A DNA stretch of 64,000 bases from an uncultured Verrucomicrobia subdivision 3 bacterium. Lineage in GTDB: Bacteria; Verrucomicrobiota; Verrucomicrobiia; Limisphaerales; UBA8199. Of the stretch, positions 54,378 to 63,174 are shown piece after piece (within the stretch, counting starts at the first letter, position 1; each line of letters opens with the position of its first letter). The stretch is from the NCBI GenBank assembly GCA_903913865.1, contig CAIWMU010000098.1, forward strand, positions 6,696 to 70,695, read 5' to 3'. Below the pieces are notes generated by a model. The model was not told where the DNA came from. It saw only the letters and a program-made list of their open reading frames with translations, and made no database searches. The position numbers were made by a program, and so were the translations under genes.

Positions 54378-57300
54378 TTACCGGGCGGGGCCTAGCCGCT
54401 CAGCGAGTTGCCCGACGATCTGGCGCAGTTCGGAAAGCTCGCGCCTCAGTTCGGCATTTTCCAATTCCCGCTGCCTCAATCCGGCGCGGGTCTCCTCGAG
54501 CTTCTGTTCTAGCTTTTGGTTCAGGCCCTGGATGGCGCTGAGTGCGACACCATCGGCATCGACCGTCGCGATGCTCTTGTCACTGGAGCCGAGGTTGAAG
54601 GCGGCCATGAAATCCTGGGCCACGGGGCCGAGGTGGCGGGTTTGGGAGTCGGCCTTGTAGGCCCATTCCGTGACGGGCAGGGCAACCACCTTGTCCAGAA
54701 TTGCCAGGGGATCCACTGCTTTGAAGTCCTGCTTCAGGTTGCGGTCCGATCCCGGGTTGAAGGTGAGGCCGTAAACATTCATGTGGGAGAAGGCTGCGGA
54801 GTTCCAGAAGCCGACGTTCATGATTCCCGGATTCCGGCTGCCGATCTCCACATCCCCGCCGCCGCCATCGCCGCCGATGTAAGCGCTTTCGCCGCCCCCG
54901 CCACTGATCTGGAGATAGGGGGTGGCAAGGCGGACCCCGCCCGAGGCCCGGACGGCGAACTCATTGTTTGCAGCTGAGGTGAACCGGGTTGCAGACGAAC
55001 TGTCGGCCCAGACGAAGCTCCCCTGGTGCGAGGCCTCGGCATAAAAGCCTGCCGCGACGGAGTAATGGCCACTGGCGATGGAGAAGGTGCCCATTGCGGT
55101 GGAATCCCAGCCGCTGGCGGTGGTGCCGAAGCCCATGGCTGTCGAATCGTCGTTCGCTGCTATGGTGCCACGGCCCATGGCGGTGGAGTAGAGGCCACTT
55201 GCGGTGGTGCTGTGTCCCATGGCGGTTGCGAAGCTGTTGCTGGCGCCGGTGTTGTATCCCATGGCGGTTGAGAGGTTTCCAATCGCCCTGGTTTCCTGAC
55301 CCATGGCGATGGATGAATTGCCTTTGGCGAGGGTGTTGTAGCCTATGGCAGTGGAGCGGAGGCCGGTGGCTTTTGCGCCGTCGCCGATGGCAGTGGAGGA
55401 TTCCCCGCTGGCGGTGTTGGTATTGCCGATCGCCGTGGAGTGGAGGCCGCTCGCGGTGGACGAGTGGCCGATTGCGGTCGAGTGGAGGCCGCTGGCGAGG
55501 GTGCTGTGTCCCATGGCGGTTGCAAAGTTGTTGCTGGCGGCGGTGCCATAGCCCATGGCGGTCGCGGCGACGCCAGTTGCTTTCGTGTTCTGGCCCATGG
55601 CAGTGGAGTAATCCCCCACGGCGAGTGTGCTGAAACCGGAGGCGAAGGAGGCGACGCCGATCGACTTGGATGCGTTGCCCAGGGCAGTGGAGGCATCACC
55701 GATGGCATAAGTCCCCGCGCCGATGGCAGCGGCCCGATCTCCGATCGCGACAGTATCGGCCCCGATTGCCGTCGAGAACGCGCCGCTGGCCAGGGTGTTG
55801 ATGCCTGTGGCGGTGGAGTAGAGGCCGCTGGCGGTGGTGCCGATGCCCATGGCGGTGGAGGCGTCGCCGCTGGCGACCGTGCCGGAGCCCATGGCGGTGG
55901 AATCCGTGCCGCTCGCGATGGATGCGTTCCCCAGTTCCATGTGCGTGGCGTGGATTGTGACATTGTCCGCACCCTGGACAATCATGTTGCCGACAACGTG
56001 AAGCGGTGCCTCGGGAAGTGCGGTGCCGATGCCCACAAAATCATTCACCACCAGATCAACAGAGGAGGCCACCGGCTGGAGCAGTGTGAGCCCTGCGGAA
56101 CCGGAGCCCGCAATGGCCAGAACATCCCCATCCCAGACAACACCTTCGGGCTGGTTGAGGTAATAGAGACCGGCCTGGCCGTTCGGAAAGTATCCCTTTC
56201 TCACCGGGTTGGAGGGGTTGGACACGTCCACGAGGGTCACGGAATTCTCCACTGCGGAGCTGATGGCGAGGAGATTGCCTGAAAATGCGACCCGGCGAGG
56301 GTAGAACTGGGATGAATAGCCATCGACACCCGGCTTGATGATGGATCGCAGGACCGGGCTTGCAGGGTTGCTGATATCGACGAGGGTCACGGTCCGGGAA
56401 TTATCGGCGGCGATGGCGAGGATGTTGCCGGTCGAGATCGCGATGCCGGTATCGACCATGATCAGGTTTGTGAAACCACCCACACCCTGCCGGATCGTGG
56501 AGCGCAACTGGGGGAGGGATGGGTTTGAGACATCGATCAGGTTGATCGCATACGAATCATTCGCAACCACGGCGAGGAGGTTTCCTGAAAACTTCAACTG
56601 CCTCGGACTCAACATATTGCTGAACCCGTTGAAGCCGTGTTGAATGTAGCCTGCAAGGGTTGGGGCGTTGGGGTTGGACATGTTGACGAGGGTCACCGCA
56701 TGGTCTCTCATCCCGCTCACCGCCATGAGATTCCCCGTGGAGAAGGCCACATCCATCGCTCCTCCCAGCAGGGAGTATGCGCCCACGCCATCGCGGAGTT
56801 CGGCCAGTTTGAGCGGTGCAGCAGGGTTGGAAACACTCAGGATGGATACAGCGTTATCCGTGTAGGCGGCGACTGCGAGAATCGACCCATTGAAGGCCAG
56901 ACCATTGACGCCGGCAAGGTTCGTGAGCGTCCCATCGCCGTCACTGAACTGGGACCGGAGGAAGGAAAACCCCGGGTAGGTGATATCCATCAAGGTGACC
57001 CCGCCATCCCAGCCCGCCGCCGCCAGCAGGTGATTTGTGGAAACAGCGAGGGTGGAGACGTAGGAGAGTTTTGTGTAGTTTGCAACGCCATTTTTCACCT
57101 GCAACTGCAGGTTCGGGCTGTAAATCGAGGGGCCGCTGGCAAGCTGGAGTCCCGCCAGTGGGTTTGTGGTTCCGACACCGATGAAGCCCCTGGCATTCAC
57201 CTGGAGGGCATTGGTGATAGCGCCTCCGGGCGAGCCAAGCTGGGTCACGGCGCCGGGTGCAACCCCCAGCGCGGTGGTGGCCGTTGTGGCTGTCACTGCG

Positions 57301-57737
57301 GTGGCGGCGTTGCCTGAGTTGGGAGAAAAGAGGGCGTAGGGAGTTGGAGTCAGGGCCTGCCTCGGGGTCAATGGTGCGAAAGTGGACGCCCCATTCGTCC
57401 TCACTCCGATCCCGAGCCAGCGGCCCGCACCGGAGAACTGGTTGCCGAAATCCAAAGTGGCTGTGAACAATCCGTTGCTCACAGGAATGGCAGCGCCCAG
57501 ATTGGGAAGGCCCACCTGGTCGGATCCTGACTCACTTCCATACAGGGTGAACTGGAAGTCATACAGGCCGGTGGCCGCACCTGTGCCGGTGGCCAGCCTT
57601 CCCTGATAGGTGAAGGCGGAGGGCTGGGCTGCAACCGGCAGAATGGATGTAATGATGCAAGCTAGACAAAGTAAAAGTCTAGTATGTTTAAGTGGATTGT
57701 GGGAAACGTGTGGTGGCTCCAAATGGGTTTGATTCAT
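54378..57737 (-). CDS. secreted fibre/adhesin-like protein B (paralogue of A; 21 YadA-head-like repeats)
   Basis: Same architecture as 50888-54103; AGGAG RBS upstream of the ATG. Confidence 0.87.
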   Translation of the reverse strand: MNQTHLEPPHVSHNPLKHTRLLLCLACIITSILPVAAQPSAFTYQGRLATGTGAATGLYDFQFTLYGSESGSDQVGLPNLGAAIPVSNGLFTATLDFGNQFSGAGRWLGIGVRTNGASTFAPLTPRQALTPTPYALFSPNSGNAATAVTATTATTALGVAPGAVTQLGSPGGAITNALQVNARGFIGVGTTNPLAGLQLASGPSIYSPNLQLQVKNGVANYTKLSYVSTLAVSTNHLLAAAGWDGGVTLMDITYPGFSFLRSQFSDGDGTLTNLAGVNGLAFNGSILAVAAYTDNAVSILSVSNPAAPLKLAELRDGVGAYSLLGGAMDVAFSTGNLMAVSGMRDHAVTLVNMSNPNAPTLAGYIQHGFNGFSNMLSPRQLKFSGNLLAVVANDSYAINLIDVSNPSLPQLRSTIRQGVGGFTNLIMVDTGIAISTGNILAIAADNSRTVTLVDISNPASPVLRSIIKPGVDGYSSQFYPRRVAFSGNLLAISSAVENSVTLVDVSNPSNPVRKGYFPNGQAGLYYLNQPEGVVWDGDVLAIAGSGSAGLTLLQPVASSVDLVVNDFVGIGTALPEAPLHVVGNMIVQGADNVTIHATHMELGNASIASGTDSTAMGSGTVASGDASTAMGIGTTASGLYSTATGINTLASGAFSTAIGADTVAIGDRAAAIGAGTYAIGDASTALGNASKSIGVASFASGFSTLAVGDYSTAMGQNTKATGVAATAMGYGTAASNNFATAMGHSTLASGLHSTAIGHSSTASGLHSTAIGNTNTASGESSTAIGDGAKATGLRSTAIGYNTLAKGNSSIAMGQETRAIGNLSTAMGYNTGASNSFATAMGHSTTASGLYSTAMGRGTIAANDDSTAMGFGTTASGWDSTAMGTFSIASGHYSVAAGFYAEASHQGSFVWADSSSATRFTSAANNEFAVRASGGVRLATPYLQISGGGGESAYIGGDGGGGDVEIGSRNPGIMNVGFWNSAAFSHMNVYGLTFNPGSDRNLKQDFKAVDPLAILDKVVALPVTEWAYKADSQTRHLGPVAQDFMAAFNLGSSDKSIATVDADGVALSAIQGLNQKLEQKLEETRAGLRQRELENAELRRELSELRQIVGQLAERLGPAR

Positions 57738-57915
57738 AATCTCCTTGAGCGAACTCTAGGAGCTTCCACCGGGTTCTGCAAGCCAATCATAAGGTTTATG
57801 AAAGGCAAAGATCACTCCATTTGAAGCCAGAGGGCAGCAGGTTCCCGACCCCATCGGACTTGCCTGATTGGTTTGCGGTCCGCACATGCCCATAAAAGGG
57901 CACGTGAATGGTGCA

Positions 57916-59427
57916 TCAGCGGTCTGGCGGATTGCTCCGGTCGATCTCCGTCCGGGTGTCCCACAGGTTGAAGTAGAGGTTTTTTCCATCCACTTCGACC
58001 TCGCCCCTTTGAAAGTCGGCGGGTTCAGAGCGGAGCGATTCCTTCGGCGGGAACAGTTCACGGCCCCAATCCAGATTGACGATCAGGCGGTAGGAGTCCT
58101 GATGGCCGCAGTAGAAGTCGGCGATGCGGGGATCATTGGATTTTTGGACGCCATAGGAGGCATCGGCCGGGAGCCAGCCCCAGGGTGCTATGTAGATTTC
58201 GGCCCAGTCGTGCATTCCCCACGAGGATGTCGGTTTGGTCTCGAAACCGCTCTGCCAGCGGGCGGGGACCCCCGCGATTCGGCACATGGTGATGAAGACC
58301 GTGTTCTGGACCCCGCAATCCCCGCGGCGGGCTGTGAAGCCCTTCACCGCGAGGGATGGGATGATGCAATATTCATCCTCGGCATTCCACGGCACATTGG
58401 CGCTGACCCACCGGAAAATCTTCCGGGCTTTTACAAGCGGGTTGGTCTCCCCCTCGATGATTTTGGCAACCTGCCTGCGGATCGCGGGAGTGAAGGCGAT
58501 GTGAGGGAGACGCTCGCCCAGAAAGGCACCCTGCCAGCCGAGGGGGATGGCCTGCACTTCACTTTCGACGAGATTCGGATGGTGGGCGAAGGAGGTGTAT
58601 TCGAAGACCTCCTTGAACTCGAGGGCTTCGGCCGGATTGGTGACCCTTGTCTCGAAGTAAACGCTCCGCTGAGCTGCGGCGCCCCTGGCATCTGTGCCCG
58701 AGCCATCCGGTGCGACCAGATGCGGTTCCGGGGATGCGCTAAGGAGGTTGATCTGCCGTTGCTGATGGTAGTCCTGTGGGAACGGAAGCCAGACCCGGAC
58801 GACGGAACCGGTCTTCAGGCCGGGAGTGTTAGGAGGGATGGTCAGGGTGTGGGTGACCTTGTGGTGAACGGGTAGAACTTCGACCTTTTTCGATTTATCA
58901 GCCTCCTCGATCACCGCCCGGAGGTGGTCCGTGAGCTTCCATGGCTCTTCGGCAGGGGCATTGCCTGCTTTTGCGCGGCGGTCGGCAGCTTCCTGGCTGA
59001 AGAGGTAGATATTTTGGGGTTCCCGGCGGAAAAAGAGTTCGGTGCCATCAATGATGCGGCTTCTGGAGTGGCTTTCGCGGGCCCAGCGGTTGACCTCTTT
59101 GGCGGTGGCGTCCGGGATCGATTTCCGGACCTTTGCAAGGAGAGTTGCGGCGTCGAGAGAGTATTCGATTCGGATCCTTCGAATGATTTCCAGCGTCTCC
59201 GCGCGGTCCTGAAGGGCCTGGGGGCTTGGGTGCGTTGCGGAGGGGGCCAGGAGCAGTTCAGCCTGCTTGAATTTGCCGGAATCGAGCAGGTGAAGGGCCT
59301 TCTGGACAACCGGATCGGTTGAGCAGAAAGCGCGGGCAGCAGCCGGTGGATCACCGGCCTGCCCTGTGCTGGGGGTGCAGGCATTCGCCATAAGCAGTCC
59401 GGCCAAGAGGAATATGACGCGATTCAT
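57916..59427 (-). CDS. transglutaminase-like superfamily protein, exported (possible lipoprotein)
   Basis: Signal ending ANAC; VRVWLPFP; triad motifs GDCGVQ, MHDWAEIY, WLPAD. Confidence 0.85.
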   Translation of the reverse strand: MNRVIFLLAGLLMANACTPSTGQAGDPPAAARAFCSTDPVVQKALHLLDSGKFKQAELLLAPSATHPSPQALQDRAETLEIIRRIRIEYSLDAATLLAKVRKSIPDATAKEVNRWARESHSRSRIIDGTELFFRREPQNIYLFSQEAADRRAKAGNAPAEEPWKLTDHLRAVIEEADKSKKVEVLPVHHKVTHTLTIPPNTPGLKTGSVVRVWLPFPQDYHQQRQINLLSASPEPHLVAPDGSGTDARGAAAQRSVYFETRVTNPAEALEFKEVFEYTSFAHHPNLVESEVQAIPLGWQGAFLGERLPHIAFTPAIRRQVAKIIEGETNPLVKARKIFRWVSANVPWNAEDEYCIIPSLAVKGFTARRGDCGVQNTVFITMCRIAGVPARWQSGFETKPTSSWGMHDWAEIYIAPWGWLPADASYGVQKSNDPRIADFYCGHQDSYRLIVNLDWGRELFPPKESLRSEPADFQRGEVEVDGKNLYFNLWDTRTEIDRSNPPDR

Positions 59428-59463
59428 CCCCCCATGATGCGGAGCCGGGCTTTGTGCGCAATC

Positions 59464-61110
59464 TCAGAGTGGCGAGGACTTGAGCCTGAAGAAGGCGGGC
59501 GGATCGACCGGGTTGGGCTTCAGGACGCGGCCGACATCCATCTGGTTTGTCCAGTTTGGCTCCACCGGGACCCAACTGCCCACAGGCAGGGCGGGGTTGG
59601 CGCTCTGGAGGAGGGTGTGGGACATGCCATCGTTGACCTTCCATGTCACTGCGAGGCCGGGCACGGAGATGTGGTTTGTGAACGTGAAGACCTGCTGGGT
59701 GGTGCTGTTGGTGATGCGGATGATCTGGTCCGTGTTGATGAAAACGTTCGTCAGAATCAGGGACGGGGGAACGGGCGGGGGAGGAGGGGCCGGGAGGTCG
59801 AGCTTGAAGACTGTGCCATTGCCGGGGATGGCGTTGTCACCGCTGCCAAAGGTGGTGGTGGTCCCGTAGAGGGTGGTCCCGACGGCAAGAAGGCCGGAGA
59901 TGGGGTTGCCGCCATCGTGGAGGGCATCGAACGTGTGCAGGACCTTGAAGCCTGTGCCGTCCGTTTTGATCTGGTAAATGGTGCCGGAACCGCTGTTGCC
60001 AACGCCAACGGCGCCGCCCTTGCGGGTGACACCGTAGAGGGTGTCGCCGATCAACGCCGGGCGGCCTACCGGGATGAACCCGTTTGCATAATCATCCCCC
60101 GGTGGAGACTGGTTCATGAAAGTGTGGAGCACCTTGAACTCATGGGAGCCCATGGCGAAGCTGTAGAGGGTTCCGGAGGTGTTGGTGCCATCCCCGGTGG
60201 TGGCACCGTAGAGGACGTAGTTGCCCTGGTTGGTATCCATGAGGGGGGCACCGGAGGGGTATGCGCCATCGGCACCACCGGTAAAGTAATGGTAGTGGAA
60301 GAACCCGCCCGCGCCATTGGCGCCGTAGAGGGCGCCGTAGGGCGCGCCGCCGTAGCCAAAGAAATCGACGCCGTTGATCCACTTCATCTCCGGCCCATAT
60401 CCGCCGTTGTCGAGGCTGACTCCGATGCAAAGTGTGGAAAGCAGCGCGTTCGTGGGCAGGGCGACGAGGTCGTAGGCGGGAATGACCACCGGGTTGGGCG
60501 GGTATTTCTGGAAAGTGCCACGGATGTGGTAACCGGAGCCGTTGGTATGGATCCCGTAGTGAATTCCAGCCGCCGGGAGGTAGGGGAAGGAGGGCCGGTC
60601 ATCCATCCCGGCAAACATGCACGATCCGTAAAGCAAGCCATCTTCAAGGATCAGGCCGCTTCCGGGGTAGGAGCCTTCATGGGCGTAGAGGAAGCTGTGG
60701 AGGATGCCATAGGAGGAACCATCCGTTTTGACCTTGTAAATGCTGCCGCTGCCGCCCCCGCCCCCTGTCTGTGTGGCCCCGTAAATCGTCTCGCCATCGA
60801 TCGCCAGCCCGCCGACCGGGCAGGAGCCATCGGCGGTCAAATCGCCCCCGAACCAGTTGTTGCCCTGGGGTGCGAACTGGTGGAGGATTTGATAGGAGGA
60901 TCCGTTGGTGGTGACCTTGTAGAGAATGCCGCCGCCGTTGATGCCGCCCCGGGCGGTGATCCCAATGAGCATGTTTGAGGAGCAGGTCAATGTTGTGGAG
61001 GCGGCCTCCCCATCCACGCCATCCCTGGCGAACCTGTGGAGCACGGAGAAGGTCTGTGCCTGTGAGGATGCGGTGAGGAGCAGACAAAGGAATGTGATGA
61101 TGGATCTCAT
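59464..61110 (-). CDS. GloVer (TIGR03803-like) tandem repeat beta-propeller protein with C-terminal FFRL tail domain
   Basis: Signal peptide; repeats LYG.T..GG..G.GTIY...TDG.GF.VLH.F; poly-Pro linker; ends PAFFRLKSSPL; start trimmed to 61110. Confidence 0.85.
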   Translation of the reverse strand: MRSIITFLCLLLTASSQAQTFSVLHRFARDGVDGEAASTTLTCSSNMLIGITARGGINGGGILYKVTTNGSSYQILHQFAPQGNNWFGGDLTADGSCPVGGLAIDGETIYGATQTGGGGGSGSIYKVKTDGSSYGILHSFLYAHEGSYPGSGLILEDGLLYGSCMFAGMDDRPSFPYLPAAGIHYGIHTNGSGYHIRGTFQKYPPNPVVIPAYDLVALPTNALLSTLCIGVSLDNGGYGPEMKWINGVDFFGYGGAPYGALYGANGAGGFFHYHYFTGGADGAYPSGAPLMDTNQGNYVLYGATTGDGTNTSGTLYSFAMGSHEFKVLHTFMNQSPPGDDYANGFIPVGRPALIGDTLYGVTRKGGAVGVGNSGSGTIYQIKTDGTGFKVLHTFDALHDGGNPISGLLAVGTTLYGTTTTFGSGDNAIPGNGTVFKLDLPAPPPPPVPPSLILTNVFINTDQIIRITNSTTQQVFTFTNHISVPGLAVTWKVNDGMSHTLLQSANPALPVGSWVPVEPNWTNQMDVGRVLKPNPVDPPAFFRLKSSPL

Positions 61111-61447
61111 GGGTAATTCAATTTGACTTAAGATCTGCAACTTGTAAGGTGATCGCAAGCTTAAATATTCATCCGTGCAGGACCCGTTTCCATGGTCTGA
61201 CCCCATCGACGCAGGTTCATCCAGTTGACCCCGATCGCGACAATTGTCTCACCTCAACGTGGCTGGGTTTGATTCGCCCACTCCTGGCTGGTTTTCACCG
61301 CCCGCTGACATGCAACTGTGAACTTTACTCAAGCTGAACTGTCATCGGCCGAGTTTCCTTACCTATAATGCACTTCCAGAGGATGGAGCAAAATCAATCT
61401 TAGTAATTCGGAGGATGACTGTCCCAAATCCATTTCGGTCTTAATGG

Positions 61448-61493
61448 GTTTTCGTTGGTTTTCGCTTGTTTTGCTGGATAGACTTGATATGGT
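61448..61493 (+). promoter_or_regulatory. three 10-bp-phased GTTTT(C)G direct repeats overlapping a putative promoter
   Basis: GTTTTCG 61448, GTTTTCG 61458, GTTTTGC 61468; TTGTTT-16 nt-TATGGT with TGn extension. Confidence 0.45.
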
Positions 61494-61513
61494 TGCGAAC
61501 AGCTTCCGCGCCG

Positions 61514-61696
61514 GTGGTGACCGGATGCGTCCGGGGAGCCTGTGGCGCCAACTACAAGTGGATCGAACGGAAGAAGATGCCAGCACATAAGGTGGGGCGA
61601 CTTTGGAAGTTCATGGCGACGGAAGTTGATGCATGGGTAAGGGCGGGAACTGCGGGAGAACCTGACCTTCCCGGTCCGAAAAAAAGTGAGTTTTAG
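61514..61696 (+). pseudogene. N-terminally truncated excisionase-family (HTH_17, Xis/BldC-like) DNA-binding gene
   Basis: YKWIERKKMPAHKVGRLWKF...EVDAWVR is the second half of the family pattern; the expected first helix (WLSV.EIA.HLGV) is not seen upstream. Confidence 0.7.
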
Positions 61697-61698
61697 CC

Positions 61699-63171
61699 GT
61701 GACTGACGACCTGAGGGAGTACTTTCGCATCCTGGAGTTGAAGCCTGGGGCTTCAGCCGAGGAGGCCAAGCAAGCGTACCGGGAGATGGCGAAGGCGTGG
61801 CAGCCAGACCGGTTCCAGGATGATCCGGGTCTTCAGGGCAAAGCACGCGAGCGGCTGAGGGAGATTGACAACGCCTACGATCGACTGCAGGACTACTTCC
61901 GGGCGCATCGCGAGCTGGATGGATCGAGCCAGACCACGGGAGAGGACCGCGCCGAGAGCCGGGAGGTTCGCGGTGGGGACGACGCTCCGCCGATCCTTCC
62001 CCCGCCACTTCCCCGGCCACCCGAATCCACGGGGACCGGCGAGGAAAAGAAGTCGCATGCCGGCGTTATCTGGGGTGTGGTGGTGGTTGTGGGCATCATC
62101 GCCGTGTTGATAATTGCCGGGTCCAGCGGGGGATCTGGGAATTCGACTCCGTCGTACGGCGTTTCTGGTGGCGGGGGTGCGGCTGGTGGAGGTGGTTACA
62201 CGCCGGCTCCGGCATATGTGGCGCCAGTGTCGAAGGCTCTGGATGAGAAGAACGGGTTCAAGGATTTCCATTTCGGGATGACGCCGGGCGAGGCCCGGGC
62301 GGTTCTTGAGCCGACTCAGGACACTCGAAATCCCGGGGCTAATGAGGAGGTTTTTTACTATTTGGGCACGCCCGCAAACCGGATTGGGGAATTTGCGACA
62401 GACGCCCCAGGCTTGCGGTTCTTCGAGGGGAAGTTGTATCGCATTGACATCGGATTCACGAACTTTGGGAACGAGATTTTCGAGGCGCTAAAAATTAGCT
62501 ATGGAGAAGCGGGCACGGGCGTGGGGTGGAAGAGGGATGAGCAGGCGCTGACCGCCAGGTCGTGGGAGGGCGAAAATGTGTCTGCGGCGATTCTGGCGCC
62601 GACGGGCCAAGCGTGGGATGCGCTGGTGGTTTTCGACAAGGCAGCCAACCGGAAGGCCGAGGAATTTGCGTCCAACGAACCGGAGCGGGCGGCTCGGGAT
62701 TTCTCGGCTACCGAGTTTAAGTCCCTGAGTATGGGAATGCGGCTGGAGGATGTGGCTACGCCCTACACTGTGGATGAGGAAAGCCAGGTCACCGGGGTGA
62801 AGGAGCTTGTTTTCAGCGGGAGTGATTTGCTTGCCGTCGGTTTCTATCCGCTTCGACACGTTTCGGCGGAGTTTTTCAAGGGCAGGTTGTACAAGATTGA
62901 TTTTGGTTTCGAGCAGAATCGGAAGGAGATGTTCCAGGCCTTTCAGCATCAGTTTGGGCCTTTGCAGGACAACACGACTTGGACCCGGGGCACTGAGAAG
63001 CTGACGGCAAAGTGCGGCGGCGGCGAGAAGCTCTATGGAACCATTTTGGCTCCCGGAGGAGCGTATGGTGGGGAAGCGTGGGATGCAATTGTGCTGCTGG
63101 ATCCGGTCGTGTGGCGCGAGGCGGAGCAGTATAAACAGGATGGGCCAAAGCGGGCGGCGAAGGACCTGTAA
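61699..63171 (+). CDS. membrane-anchored J-domain-like protein (QPD variant) with duplicated C-terminal domain
   Basis: YFRILELKPGAS..E.KQAYR...K.WQPDR...LREID.AY..L; Pro linker; TM GVIWGVVVVVGIIAVLII; Gly linker; two ~150-aa repeats. Confidence 0.85.
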   Translation: MTDDLREYFRILELKPGASAEEAKQAYREMAKAWQPDRFQDDPGLQGKARERLREIDNAYDRLQDYFRAHRELDGSSQTTGEDRAESREVRGGDDAPPILPPPLPRPPESTGTGEEKKSHAGVIWGVVVVVGIIAVLIIAGSSGGSGNSTPSYGVSGGGGAAGGGGYTPAPAYVAPVSKALDEKNGFKDFHFGMTPGEARAVLEPTQDTRNPGANEEVFYYLGTPANRIGEFATDAPGLRFFEGKLYRIDIGFTNFGNEIFEALKISYGEAGTGVGWKRDEQALTARSWEGENVSAAILAPTGQAWDALVVFDKAANRKAEEFASNEPERAARDFSATEFKSLSMGMRLEDVATPYTVDEESQVTGVKELVFSGSDLLAVGFYPLRHVSAEFFKGRLYKIDFGFEQNRKEMFQAFQHQFGPLQDNTTWTRGTEKLTAKCGGGEKLYGTILAPGGAYGGEAWDAIVLLDPVVWREAEQYKQDGPKRAAKDL

Positions 63172-63174
63172 GCC

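Larger units (their letters stand above)
50787..57640 (-). repeat. ~3.5-kb diverged tandem duplication (fibre gene plus ~100-bp 3' UTR)
   Basis: 50787-50887 matches 54275-54377 (offset 3488); coding regions are collinear up to the mature N-terminus. Confidence 0.9.

Noticed and set aside
50888-57737. Diversity-generating retroelement or prophage explanation for the fibre pair
   Set aside because: No reverse transcriptase or phage genes; differences are not adenine-specific; both copies are full genes with signal peptides
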